A DNA stretch of 60,400 nucleotides, counting the filler, from Hausera hauseri (taxonomy: Eukaryota): assembly GCA_046269625.1 (NCBI GenBank). It is 11 parts of 11 records of this genome, joined end to end, with 100 filler letters (N's around TTAATTAATTAA, not from the genome) between each part and the next. Parts side by side here need not be neighbours in the genome. Positions count along the whole stretch, not along the records: positions 1 to 8,431 come from JBJURY010645441.1; positions 8,532 to 15,009 come from JBJURY010083213.1; 9 more parts are not named here. One strand, given 5' to 3'. A program made the position numbers and the translations under genes. Shown one piece after another: positions 1-10,990 of the stretch. A model generated the notes under the pieces. The model ran no database searches and was not told the DNA's origin. It worked only from the letters and a program-made list of their open reading frames with translations. The first letter of the stretch is position 1; each line of letters starts with the position of its first letter.

Positions 1-301
1 CGGTGTCGGTTAGCGGCCTATCTGGTTAGTGAAAGTTGTGGTAGGTTCCCCTCTTTTTGTTGAGGCAATTCGAAATAATTCTGCTCAATTGGTTTAACTT
101 CTTTGCGTTGCACTTGCTTATTAAGGTTTATTTTCCTTAACTTAGTATCATTATGTGTTAACGATTTTTGGCTCTCTTCCGGTTGATATTTTTTAATTTC
201 GTCTCTCAATCGTTTAATATTTTCTTTTGCTTCTTCCAACATCTTACTTAAAACAGTATAGCTTACAGGTGGTTGCACCTCGCTCGCAGTTTGAATTTCA
301 A

Positions 302-694
302 TTAGGTCAGGATATATTGAGGTTGTTGATATAGGTTTGATAAGTCTTGAAACGAATTTCGTGGTGGTTTTTGTGGAATGCTTGCTATACTACTTATCGA
401 ACAAGTATCCATGTCGGTTATCGAGGGTAAGGGTACTTGTTTTCTTGCTTGATCATTCAAGGAGGGATTATCTGTTTCCTCATCATCAACTATTATACGG
501 CTATTAAACATATAATATGCCGATATCAGCAATAACATGACCGTACTGCTCCACGCATTTGTAGCAGTAATCGCGTGCGTTGGTTGGGCGTCCGCACATC
601 TAAATATTATAAGCAATATTAACGTCAACATAGTTATTGTAGACAACTTAAAGGGATTTCCGAAAATTGTGGGTGGAGTATTAATTGTAGGCAT
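302..694 (-). CDS. Element-associated ORF with two hydrophobic segments and an acidic/low-complexity tail
   Basis: ITMLTLILLIIFRCADA and WSSTVMLLLISAYYMF. Same strand, directly after the third protease-like region. Confidence 0.4.
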   Translation of the reverse strand: MPTINTPPTIFGNPFKLSTITMLTLILLIIFRCADAQPTHAITATNAWSSTVMLLLISAYYMFNSRIIVDDEETDNPSLNDQARKQVPLPSITDMDTCSISSIASIPQKPPRNSFQDLSNLYQQPQYILT

Positions 695-899
695 TTCTAT
701 TATCCGTGTTGGCGTTATTTTTCGTGCTAATGTAGATTCTGTATTCTTTTCACTTATTTGCTTTAATGTAGCATAATTTAATGAGGGTGGAAAAGTCTCT
801 TATCCTGTCACGAACTACCAATGATCATTACATTGAGGCTTTGCATCTTGGTAACCTTCGCAGTTGAATACTATTGATCTCCCCATAACTTTGAGTTAT

Positions 900-1145
900 G
901 CTCCCGTCAGTTTGTATAATACATCGAAACCAATAATAAAATCAGAATACGACTTTTGTGGGTTGGCATAACAGGTAACATCAATATACCCTATAGTCAG
1001 ATCTAATTTTCCGCATGCTTCGGGTATATAATGTGTAATTCGTTTATATAATCGCAAATTTATACGGGTCAGTGGAGTGGTGCTATCAAGTTCCGCATTA
1101 ACGTACTTACCTTACACCTTAACCAATATTGGTATCAGTAAGGGA
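900..1145 (-). pseudogene. Third, more degenerate retropepsin-like domain
   Basis: Manual translation: IPILVKV*GKYVNAELDSTTPLTRIN (DST at 1079-1087), frameshift, ACGKLDLTIG..DFIIGFDVLYKL (IIGFD at 923-937). Not in the ORF track. Confidence 0.55.
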
Positions 1146-1259
1146 TAATCGTTATAATCCTGACGATAATGCATATTATATAACAACTCCAACCTTTTTA
1201 TTTCTTCCTCCAGTTCGTTGACATTTTTTCGATACTTCTCCAGGTCTTTCGTTTTCTCC

Positions 1260-1590
1260 AGCGAAATCGTAGCTACGTCTATTACTATATCGTAATCTAT
1301 TAACGTATCTCTACCTAAAATGCAAGGAATGGTGGAATTTTCTAGTATGTGGTATAAAATCTTTGATCGTTTATTTTTTAATTTAGTCAAGGCTGTAACT
1401 ACGCCTATTACTTTAACTGATTACCATTTATTAGTTTTTGGTTTATCTCACTACTTTCATTCAATTTTAGTTTTAAAATTTCCATTGTAGTTTTACTTAA
1501 GTAATTTTTGGCTGCTCCTTTATCTATTATTGCTTCAATTTTAACTTTATTTATAGTTATAGTTGTAGTTACCATATTATTTGATCCGTG
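1260..1590 (-). pseudogene. Second retropepsin-like domain, downstream of integrase
   Basis: TITINKVKIEAIIDKGAAKNYLS (D-K-G at 1516-1524; AAA is one substitution from Thr ACA), then PCILGRDTL at about 1300-1327. Confidence 0.75.
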
Positions 1591-1749
1591 TTCTATGAAT
1601 GCTATCGTTGTATTTTTATCCACCGATTGCGTTCTGTTCCTCAATGGATACCTACAAGGTGGTATTTGTTCCGTATTCTCGTCTTCCAACTGCATTCTAT
1701 TCCTTAATGGGTACTTGCAAGGTGATGTTTGCTCCAGTTTGCGTTCTTT

Positions 1750-3003
1750 AGCTACTGGTCTACATCGTTGCACACTCATCCAAGAGGTTTTACTCGGGTT
1801 AGAGAGATTTTTTAATTCCACGCTCGATTCAGTTATTTTTAGTATTTTATATGGTCCTTTGTATGGTAACTTCAATTTTGGGCTTTCGCCTGGTTTACAG
1901 GTCTCATTTAATATTAACCAAGTTTCCGATTCGATACACGTGGGGTTTTGTTTTTTTGTCGTACTGATCTTTGTAGATTTCTTGGTGATATTTAATTTTC
2001 AATCCTGCTCTGATCCACGCTTCTTGTAACTTTCCTGAAGAATTGTTGCATAATCCAGTTCCTCCATCAGTTGTGATTGTGGCGATCTATATTCGAGGTA
2101 AATTGGCATAATATCTCGTCTACCATACAACAAAAAGAAGGATAATTCTCAAGTTGTCGTATGAGGACTTTGTCGGTAAGCATATACACAAGGTTTTATA
2201 TATAGATCCCAATCAGCTGGGTGATCATATGCGTAACTAAATATCATAACTGAAAATTGTTTATTAAAAGCTTTTACCGCGCCGTTGGCTTGTGGGTAAT
2301 AAGGCGATGTAAATTTATGATTAACTCCTAGTATTGCCAATAATTTTTCCATAAGTTCGCTACAAAAATTACTTCCTCTATCATATATCATTGTCATTGG
2401 TACTCCATATTCGAATATTACGTCGTCGACCAACCTTCTGGACATAACATCCGTGGTTTGGTTCATCATTGGCATCGCTATTGGAAATTTTGAGTAGTAG
2501 TCAATAGCTGTAAGTACACATGTATTTCCTCTAGCGGTAGTTGATAATGGTCCAATTACATCAACGCCTATACAAATAAACGGTGATGCTAAATCTGGTA
2601 CTGGTTTTAATGGTGTTTTTCTTGCTTGAAAATTTCCTCTTCTTTTTGAACAGACTTGGCAGTTTGTGCACCAATCTTTTACATCATCTGCTATCTTCGG
2701 CCAGTCATATTTTTGCTTAAGTCTACTTAGTGTAGCTTTATAACCTCGATGTCCTCCTAATTGTCCGTCATGGTAGTGCATTAAAAGTTTTGCTCGCATA
2801 TGTTTCGGTACAACCATAAGTAAATCTTCGCTATCCTGGTAGTAGATATTTCCCCTTTCCATGTTATATTTATTTTTGCTCCCTTCTTTGTTTAATCTAT
2901 TACGGATTTTACGAATTTCGTCATCCTTCGCCCGTTCTTTAGCTATAGCTTCGTGTGTGATTGGTATAGATAAAAATGTGCATTTGGTCATTAACGTTTG
3001 CAT
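1750..3003 (-). pseudogene. pol: Integrase (HHCC, DDE core, GPY/F)
   Basis: HDGQLGGH..CQVC, GVDVIGP, YDRGSNF, YYPQANG, and C-terminal PYKGPYKI at about 1845-1870. Confidence 0.93.
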
Positions 3004-3844
3004 TATACACTTCGTCTATCATGATCTGAATTAAATCAATCATTTTATAGTACTCATACAAAATATCCTCTACTAATGGATCTTTATAACCGCTTTGTCT
3101 TATATTTTGTTGATTATCCTTATTAAGTGTTTGAATAATCATACTTATAAGTTGGTTTGTATCTTTGGTGCGCTTCTTTTGTGTTGCTTTGGGTATACTT
3201 GGATGAACTTTTTGTGAATAATATTCTTTCAGATCCTGCATGTCATCATAATCAAAATTTGGATGACCATTATAATCTCGATCGATATCACTTTCTTGCA
3301 ATCTTGACAGGAAATCTGTTTTAGCATTTGCTTTTCCTTTACGATATTTTATTGAAATTTCTAGATCCTGAATTTCTGCAGCCCATTTCATTAATTTTCT
3401 ACTAGTATCCCGTTGTTTCATTAACCACTGCAAAGGTTTTTGATCCGTATATAATATTATTTCTCGTCCGGTAATATAATACCTAAAGTCTCGTAAAGCA
3501 TATGCTATAGCGTAACATTCTCTTTCAATTGTTGACCATCTAGTTTGCGATTCACTTAATGTTTTACTGAGACATGCTATTATTCCTTCGCGTGGTCTGT
3601 CAGGAACTGATTGTCCTAGGACTGCTCCTATCGCATAACCACTGGCATCGGTCATAATTATATATGGATAATTAGGATCATGCAACTGTAATATTAGTGG
3701 GGAAGTTAAGACTTGTTTTAAGACTTCAAAAGATCTCTGGTGTGTTTCTTCCCAATTCCATGTCGTTCCTTTTTTGGTTAATTCTACTAGCGGTTTAACT
3801 ATACTTGCAAAATTATATACGAACTTTCTATAGTAATTAGCCAT
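2939..3844 (-). pseudogene. pol: RT thumb/connection and RNase H
   Basis: TDASGYAIGAVL, STIERECYAI, YTDQKPL, YRKGKANAKTDFLSR. Confidence 0.93.
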
Positions 3845-3849
3845 TCCTA

Positions 3850-5016
3850 ATAGTCTTTGCAGTTCTTTAAGGTATTTCGGTGGTTTTAACTTTTTAAGTT
3901 TTCTACATTTCTAGGATCAGGTTGGATACCTTTACTTGACACTATATGTCCGAAGAAGATAACTGTATTCTTAGCAAACTCGCATTTCTTCATTTTAATC
4001 TTTAAATGAGCTTGTTTCAGTCTATCAAATATTTGAGAGAGATGTTTTAAGTGTTTTTCGAAGTTTTCGGAAAATATTATTACGTCGTCTATGTATACCA
4101 TACAGTAAGTTAGTCCTTGTAATACAAAATTCATACATCTTTAAAATGTAGCAGGTGCTCCTGTTAGACCAAAAGGCATAACATTAAATTCCCATAATCC
4201 AGTTCCTGTATAAAAGGCTGTATTTTGCTTATCCTCCTCAGTTACCTCTACTTGCCAAAATCCACATTGCAAGTCTAAAGTGGTGAATATAGTGGCGTTC
4301 CGCAAGGCTGTCAGCATTTCATCTATTTTTGGTAGTGGATAATTGTCTTTCTTTGTGACATTATTTACTGCTCTAAAATCTACACAAAAGCGTTGTGTTC
4401 CATTTTTTTTCTTTACCAGCACTACTGGAGACGTCCATGGTGAGAAACTTGGTCTGATAATACCACGCTCCACCATTTGTGATATTTGTCTGTCACATTC
4501 CTCTTTCTTAACCTCAGCCATTCTATACGGATTTTCTTTAATAGGGTAGATATTCTCTGTAATTATATGGTGCTGAATAACGTTATTTCTGCCAATATCA
4601 TTATCATTCATAGCTATTATATCTCGATTCCTATGAAATAGTTGCAACAATTTCTTCAATTGATATGGGGTTAATTCGCCATCCTTAAATTTAATATTCT
4701 CATCTTCTACAAGAAACGTTGCTGCGCATACCTTGACTTGTTGTAATTGTCCTAAATTGAGATTTTGTCGCAATCTTATTTCCTTCTTATTAATGTTTTC
4801 TATTGGCTGCTCCAAACATTGTACTTCTTTTGGCACAAATAGAGGGTATTGTAAGATCTTATATTTCTCATTGTTATATAAGTTCGGTTCGAACATACAA
4901 GTTTGCTTAAGGTACTGAGATGGTGTCGTTAACATTACCACTATCTGATGTTGCGGTTTGATAATAACATCATAAGTCAAAGGCATGCTAATTTCCTCTA
5001 TTGGCAAATTAGTCAT
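3850..5016 (-). pseudogene. pol: PR-RT linker and reverse transcriptase
   Basis: ORFs 4141..5016 and 3886..4134: PIKENPYR, RFCVDFRAVN, LDLQCGFWQV, MPFGLTGAPATF*, YIDD (4084-4095), FFGHIVS. Confidence 0.95.
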
Positions 5017-5064
5017 TGTCTATTTGAGAGTCTTTGTCGATATATCCATTGAAATTCCTGTTAT

Positions 5065-5370
5065 CTAGGATAATACGTCCATTCCTATTACTAAAGGTAC
5101 TGGCAATATTTTATCATCGACCACAAATAGGGTAATTGTATAGGGATTATAATCAATTCTTATCTGGATATTTATTTTTCCTAAGAATCGCACTTGTGTG
5201 GAATTGGCTGCTTCTATTACTATGTCACTTGGCATAATCGCTCCCTTTTGATTGTCAGTTAAATATGAATGTTGAATCATCGACACTGATGCACCAGTAT
5301 CTAGTAGTGCCATTGAATTCAATCCGTTAAATCGTACTGAAACATAAGGAATATTTCCTGTTGTTAGAGT
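5065..5370 (-). pseudogene. pol: Retropepsin (aspartic protease) domain 1 of pol
   Basis: PYVSVRFNG..ALLDTGASVSMI (DTG at 5293-5301) and C-terminal LVIGMDVL, within ORF 5065..5805. Confidence 0.92.
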
Positions 5371-5759
5371 GGTTTGTGTCATGAAGATGAATTTTGTATT
5401 ATTCCATCTAGCATCCGCAGTATTATACTGTCGTAGTAGGCTCGGTGGGTAAGTAGAAGTCGGTAAGCAAGTATATTCATCTAAATCCCTTGCCATCGGA
5501 AGATCGTGCATAGACGCAACTTTCATTTCTTTGTATTCCGGATATTCTGGATATTCGTCAATAGGTTCGGGCTTATAATATGTTAGTACTTCTGGTTCGG
5601 AATGTTGTCTGGCTTTCTTTCTTAATAATTTATATTTCACCAAATACTCCTCCACTGTTAACTTAATAAAAGCCTGTAACTTTTGTTCTAATTCTGGGGC
5701 TAGACGAAGTTCTTTTCTTAATTTATCAAGTTCCTTCGAGTGCCAGTACATCAGTACTG

Positions 5760-7640
5760 ATTGAGCCATTGAGGGAAACATCCCAACATAATTTTCCAAG
5801 TACAACCGCGTACTTTCTTTATGTTTCTAGCGGCTCCTATTTGTCTTAGGATGACCATTATAGTAGTAATTATAACATAAATACCAAAATCTCCCGATAT
5901 AACTTGGCCAAAGATAAGGAATTTATTCTAAAAGTCGTAAAGGATCTTTTTAGCTCTTTTTTCTAAATGATCGACTGGTAATAACATTCCGTAATTGGGT
6001 ACTCTATCTGGTCCTTTAATGACAGTATATACAAATTCAGTAATAACTTTCTCTCGGATATTCTGGAATAATACTTGCTTTCTTACCGCTTCTAAGTCGT
6101 TTAATGAATAAAGTCCACTGATAGGGAGTTCCCTATTTACTTTAAATTTTATACCTTTATCTAACGGTAATAACACAATCGTCTGAGGAGTGTTCATCGT
6201 AGCTGGTGGACGGGTCTTAGTCCATCTTCCGTCATTAAGTTTAAAAGCTGGATAAAAATCTTTATAACATGGTGCAAAAGTAATTTCAGTAGGTAGTAAC
6301 AATTTCCGTGTAATCGGATCTACATACCCATATTTGTCTATATTTTTATCATTGTATCAAACCATTAGTTAATTCGTGCAGTTTGCTTTTGAGGATGTTA
6401 CTGGTGTTACTTCTATCGGCGGACACCGATATACATGAAGTATTTCTACTTGTACCCTACCAAATGTTCTGGGGCGGTAACCCATAATCAAAGCAATGTA
6501 TTCGGGAAATTGTCTAGCTAATATCAAGTTATGTTGATTCAGTTTTTGAGTAATTTAACAGTCTCTTAATACCATCATATTATATAACTCAACTAAATCC
6601 ATTTTCGCAGTATCATAGATGTAATCTATCTTGTTATTCGTATATAAGTACCACTTTATATCTTCGGTTGGTAACTTTCCGGTATTCACTAGTGTTTCTT
6701 TTGTTACAAACAAGTCTTCATAAGATGTTGAATATACCGAATTTGATCCACAAGTGGATACTGCTCCTTTGCATGTTAACACTATTCCATCTTTATTATT
6801 GGATGACATCAAGACTTTCAGGGAAGGGGTTTGTTTTAGAGTTCGTGGAGTAGGTAGACTTATGTTATGATTGTGTTCTGGTTCTTGGTATTCATCATCA
6901 TAGTACAAGTCGCCTTGTATTTCATACATAGATACTTGTTTCAGGAAAGCTAATGGACATATCATAATCGTCTTTTCTCAAACTACTGTGGATTCTCCTA
7001 GTATACATACTCCATCAGAGTACGTGCAGGATGGTGCAGTCAACATTTTTCCTGTATTCGCATCAAATTTTTACAAATTTTACTTTGTTTTCTTTTAAGG
7101 TAACGGTATAATCTTCTATTTGCACTACAGAGGATTCCTTTTGACCGTTTATCATTATTTTTTCTCCATCACAACCTCCTCCATATCCAGGCCACATTTT
7201 CCCAGCTGTAACTATTCGAGAGTGAACTCGTTTTCCTATACCTGCTTGTATTGGTTGTTTTAGACCTACATGAATTGAATCTATAGCCTTTCTACAATTT
7301 TCAGCAGTTATTGTTACTGGTTTAGCTAATCCTATGGGATAATCACTGAATTCCATGAATTATGACCACAATTTTAAGCGAATATTACTTTATTAACCTG
7401 ACATTCCTTTACTTGCACTTGTTGATAACTAATTCTCTGATACAAATTGTAATTGTAAGGACATTCCTTTCTTACTGATATCGAATTTGCGTTTTGGCAT
7501 TTACCTTTATCCACTAATGATAGTCTGGCTCTTATTTCTGGTCTGGAACAATCATAAGCCTCTAACACTTTCGCAGTTTTTAGAGTGCTTACTGCTATCA
7601 AGTATAATAATAAACGAATAATTTGTACTACCCAATCTGA
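5760..7640 (-). pseudogene. Chuvirus (Jingchuvirales/Monjiviricetes)-like class III fusion glycoprotein, disrupted
   Basis: Manual translation through stops gives, in order: hydrophobic signal-like stretch, AYDCS..LSL..GKC, VKECQV..NCGHNSW, AG..GCDG, C..STSYEDLF, YTNNKIDYI..LYNMMVLRDC, FPEYIA..EILHVYRCPPIEV..NCTN..VDPITR, SGLYSLNDLEAVRKQVLF, and TM block KFLIFGQVISGDFGIYVII. This matches the motif order I recall for chuviral G. Confidence 0.82.
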
Positions 7641-8431
7641 AATATTAGTATTCTTTGGATATATTAATGTAGTGGCATCAAATTTCTTGAGAATTTCATC
7701 CCAATCACCATGTTTCTTTACCCAATCTTTTGTTAACCTATCCATATGATAAGCCAAATCCTTTACTATATGGCGTAACTTAGCGTCAACCTCAGTTTGA
7801 TTTTTAAAACTAACCACTATACATCCCAATGCCATTAGCAGTCTATTTTGATCACAATCCTTTAATAATTGTGTCAATTCTATACTCAATCCACCTTTCA
7901 GTTCCTATTTCCGTAATAGTCTTGTAATCTGCGATGAAAAATTTCTAGTCGTCTCTATTATAGACTGTAATGGAATTGTTGTAATTGTTGGTACCTTCTT
8001 AAGTTTCTTTGGGTTAGCTTTCTTGATTAATTGTTCTGAAAGTTTATAAGTTGTCAATGTTACTTTTGGTATATTTATTTCAGGCTGGGCTGATGTTCCT
8101 GGAATAGGATCTTGTACTTGCTCATCCTATTGTCATTAATAGTGAACCGTTGAAAATTATTATATAAGACGGTTTCTAATGTTTCTCGTTGGTCTCTACG
8201 CTTTCGCGACAAAGGTCTTTTCTTTCATTGTTTTTCTGGTTTTTCTTCTTCCTCGGGATTTTCATTATCATCACTTACTGGGTTAAAATCACATTTTCGT
8301 GGTCTTCCTTCTTTCTTCTTAGTACCAATTTCCATAGTAATCTGATACTCTTTTCCTGTAAGGAGTCCATAATCTACGACATAGTCATTGTCAATGACTG
8401 ATCTACCATAAACATCAGTTTTTGCTATTAT

Positions 8432-8531
8432 NNNNNNNNNNNNNNNNNNNNNNNNNNNNNNNNNNNNNNNNNNNNTTAATTAATTAANNNNNNNNNNNNN
8501 NNNNNNNNNNNNNNNNNNNNNNNNNNNNNNN
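8432..8531. other. Artificial contig spacer (44 N + TTAATTAATTAA + 44 N); identical spacers start at 15010, 21647, 26245, 30740, 34790, 39780, 46741, 51266 and 56016
   Basis: Ten identical 100-bp linkers containing a six-frame stop 12-mer. Confidence 0.99.
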
Positions 8532-8841
8532 AATAAACAAGAATATAAATAATATGCATAGCAATACAGGCATGAGAGAAATGAATATATATATAGACAT
8601 TGTATTAATCTGCCACACATCCTTATTGATGGTCAGGTCCTCATTGGCTGGACACTCCGTCACTATTTCACCATCTGTCAGGGTGGGCACATAAACAATA
8701 GGCTCCTGTCCTTGAGTGACAGGATCAGTGACACACATGAAATAGATTATTTAAAATGAAATCATGAAAAATAAAATAAAAATAAAATTAAGAATAATAG
8801 AGTAAAAAATAAAATTATATAATTATATTTTTAACCTCACA

Positions 8842-10905
8842 TCAAACCTCCTCCGATTCGACCTCTAACTCCAACTGACCATGACTCCCCAATAAAGGAA
8901 TCCTCTGACTCAAATAGTATTGTGATCTTGGATCCACTTCTTTGTTCAGAGTAGTTTCAATGAATCTAGTTAATAAGGTCCGTATGCAAGGCACACAGCA
9001 GCATCCACACACTACCAGCAGGGCCAGAGCACAGCATATAGATGTCATAAAGCTAAGCATGACTGCTTTATATTGTCCAAAAATGTTTTCCATCCACATA
9101 CTGAATGGGTTTTCTATGCCACTGTTATCGGCCAATTCATTACTTAATGTTTTCAAACCTTCCAAAGCCTTAGTTATAGTGCCATCTGGAGCAGTATTGT
9201 TGGGAATAAAAGTACAACAATTTTCTCCAAACATTTTACAAACGCCACCTTTTTCTGCTAAAAGAAAATCTAAAGCTATCCTATTTTGCCAGGCCATCAG
9301 GCTGGTTTTGTCTAATTGTTCATGGATTCCTCGCACCGCATCTCTAGTGTGATTGACAAAGCGCTGCTGGTTATAATAGATGTAATTGATCCAATCCACA
9401 TTTTTGTTGACAGTGGACCACCAAAACAATAGGCTCTCGAATCCTGCAGCTACTTGGTCTCGTGCTTTAAACTCGTCCGGGACTCCCCTGGGCACTCCAA
9501 TAGCATCAATGTAGATGTGTGGGTCAAATGAGCCAGATGGGCCTGATACAGCACGACTAACACGGCTGTTGGTGATATGAGTCTCTGTCATTGGAACCCC
9601 CTGGATGGGCAGTACATATAACGTGCCTTTCCATGCCTTTGGAAGTTTGGTCCTCAGGACCTTTGGGGTGCACATCCACCAGATGTCTGCCCTTCCTACA
9701 GTCTGATTGCTAAACCACTCTGGGTCAAATCCATTTGTGCCATCGTCACCTGAGATGATGTCTCCACACCACCCCAGATGACCCACTTCGACTGAGCCAG
9801 AGTTCCTAGCGAAACAGGTGTAGTTACCTTTGTATGGCATGTACGTAGGGGGCACCACCCTGTTTTACTTCAGGGTACAGATAGTGGACCGTGGTACAGT
9901 TCCCATCAGTTGGTGCACCTCTGAACAGAGAGACAGCACATTTCAAGCCATTTTCATCATTGTGTCGATTTAGAGGGAATGGTGTAGTGCCCAGGTGAGG
10001 TCTAGCTGAGGAGCAAGCATAACAATTAGTTTTATTTGCAGCCTTGGCGGTGTACATGATCCAATTCAGCCACTGATTTTCATCTTCAAAACCTGTTTCA
10101 ACTAAATAAGTGTCCTTTAAATTTGTTATATTGACTAATCTAATTAATTCTGGTTGGTCTTTAGTGGCTAGTGGATTTTCAGGAGATGAGGTAATGTTAG
10201 GCTTGTCCGTCTTGGCCGCTACTTTAGATTTTGACACTACCTGTAGTCTAAATACTCCCAGGTTATCATCACCAGATTGATAGGTTCCCAAGATCAAATA
10301 CCTGGTGTCTTGTACTCTAGGGGAAATTAAAGACAGTATCAGAGGGTTACAGGTGCCATCTAGACAGGGATGTTTGACAGTGGCCTTTCGTATGGTCAAA
10401 CGGCATTTTAAATTCACATTTGTGGTAAAGTTATTAGACTGTGCACCCACATCTCCATTGTACCCCCAATCCAATCGTGAGGTGCTAGTGATAACTCCAA
10501 GCCAATGTTGACAAGCGCATTGTCTATTCCACTGTCTCTGCTGGCCTCCATTTAACCATGGAACCCATCGACTGTTCTTTGTACTGTACCATGCTGCCTT
10601 ACACCAAGCTGCAGTGTTGCACACATATTTGTCACTCCAAACCAATTGTGACTGTACCAACCCTGTGCAATCAGAGACTTGACATAGATCAAAACTGGCC
10701 ACACAATCCACAGATTCTGTGCAAACAATGGTAGGTGGTCCAGTTTTGGTCTATTTATTGTGAGGTCAGTCTGATGTTCTTCTTTGGCTAGGAAATGAAT
10801 GATAAACATAACAGCTACTAACATGGATAAAAAACACAGAGTTATTTTTTCAAAGGGCATGGTCGATGAACAGGAGGTCGTACCTTTGGTCGGTTTGAAG
10901 CGCAT
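8842..10905 (-). pseudogene. env: ERV envelope (gamma-type Env of a fish epsilon-like retrovirus), two frameshifts
   Basis: SU CxxC (CYAC), RVSR cleavage-like site, immunosuppressive domain WQNRIALDFLLAEKGGVC, CX6CC (CKMFGENCC), TM followed by CGCCCVPC. Spread over ORFs 10552..10905, 9824..10711 and 8842..9858. Confidence 0.95.
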
Positions 10906-10990
10906 GTATTGGTAGGAATTTTGCTTCTACCCTCTAAAAGACAATGGGGCTGGCTTCAAAACAGAGTTTTAGGAATAATTATTATTATTA

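Larger units (their letters stand above)
1..8431 (-). mobile_element. Decayed Ty3/Gypsy-type LTR retroelement (internal part, no LTRs in contig) with order: basic/acidic region - glycoprotein - PR - RT - RNase H - IN - PR-like - PR-like - TM tail
   Basis: All ORF fragments are collinear on the minus strand. The PR-RT-RH-IN order and RT motifs (SPWTSPVVLVKKKNG, RFCVDFR, MPFGL, YIDD) are Ty3/Gypsy-type. Multiple in-frame stops and frameshifts. Confidence 0.92.

Noticed and set aside
537-2029. Plus-strand hydrophobic ORFs 537..776 and 1508..2029
   Set aside because: They are antisense shadows of A-rich minus-strand coding sequence.
1-8431. Stop-codon reassignment as the explanation for fragmented ORFs
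   Set aside because: TAA, TAG and TGA stops and frameshifts all occur, which fits neutral decay.
8476-8487. TTAATTAATTAA palindrome recurring every 4-7 kb as a biological repeat or array
   Set aside because: It is always centred in exactly 44+44 N, so it is an artificial six-frame-stop linker. Adjacency across it has no biological meaning.
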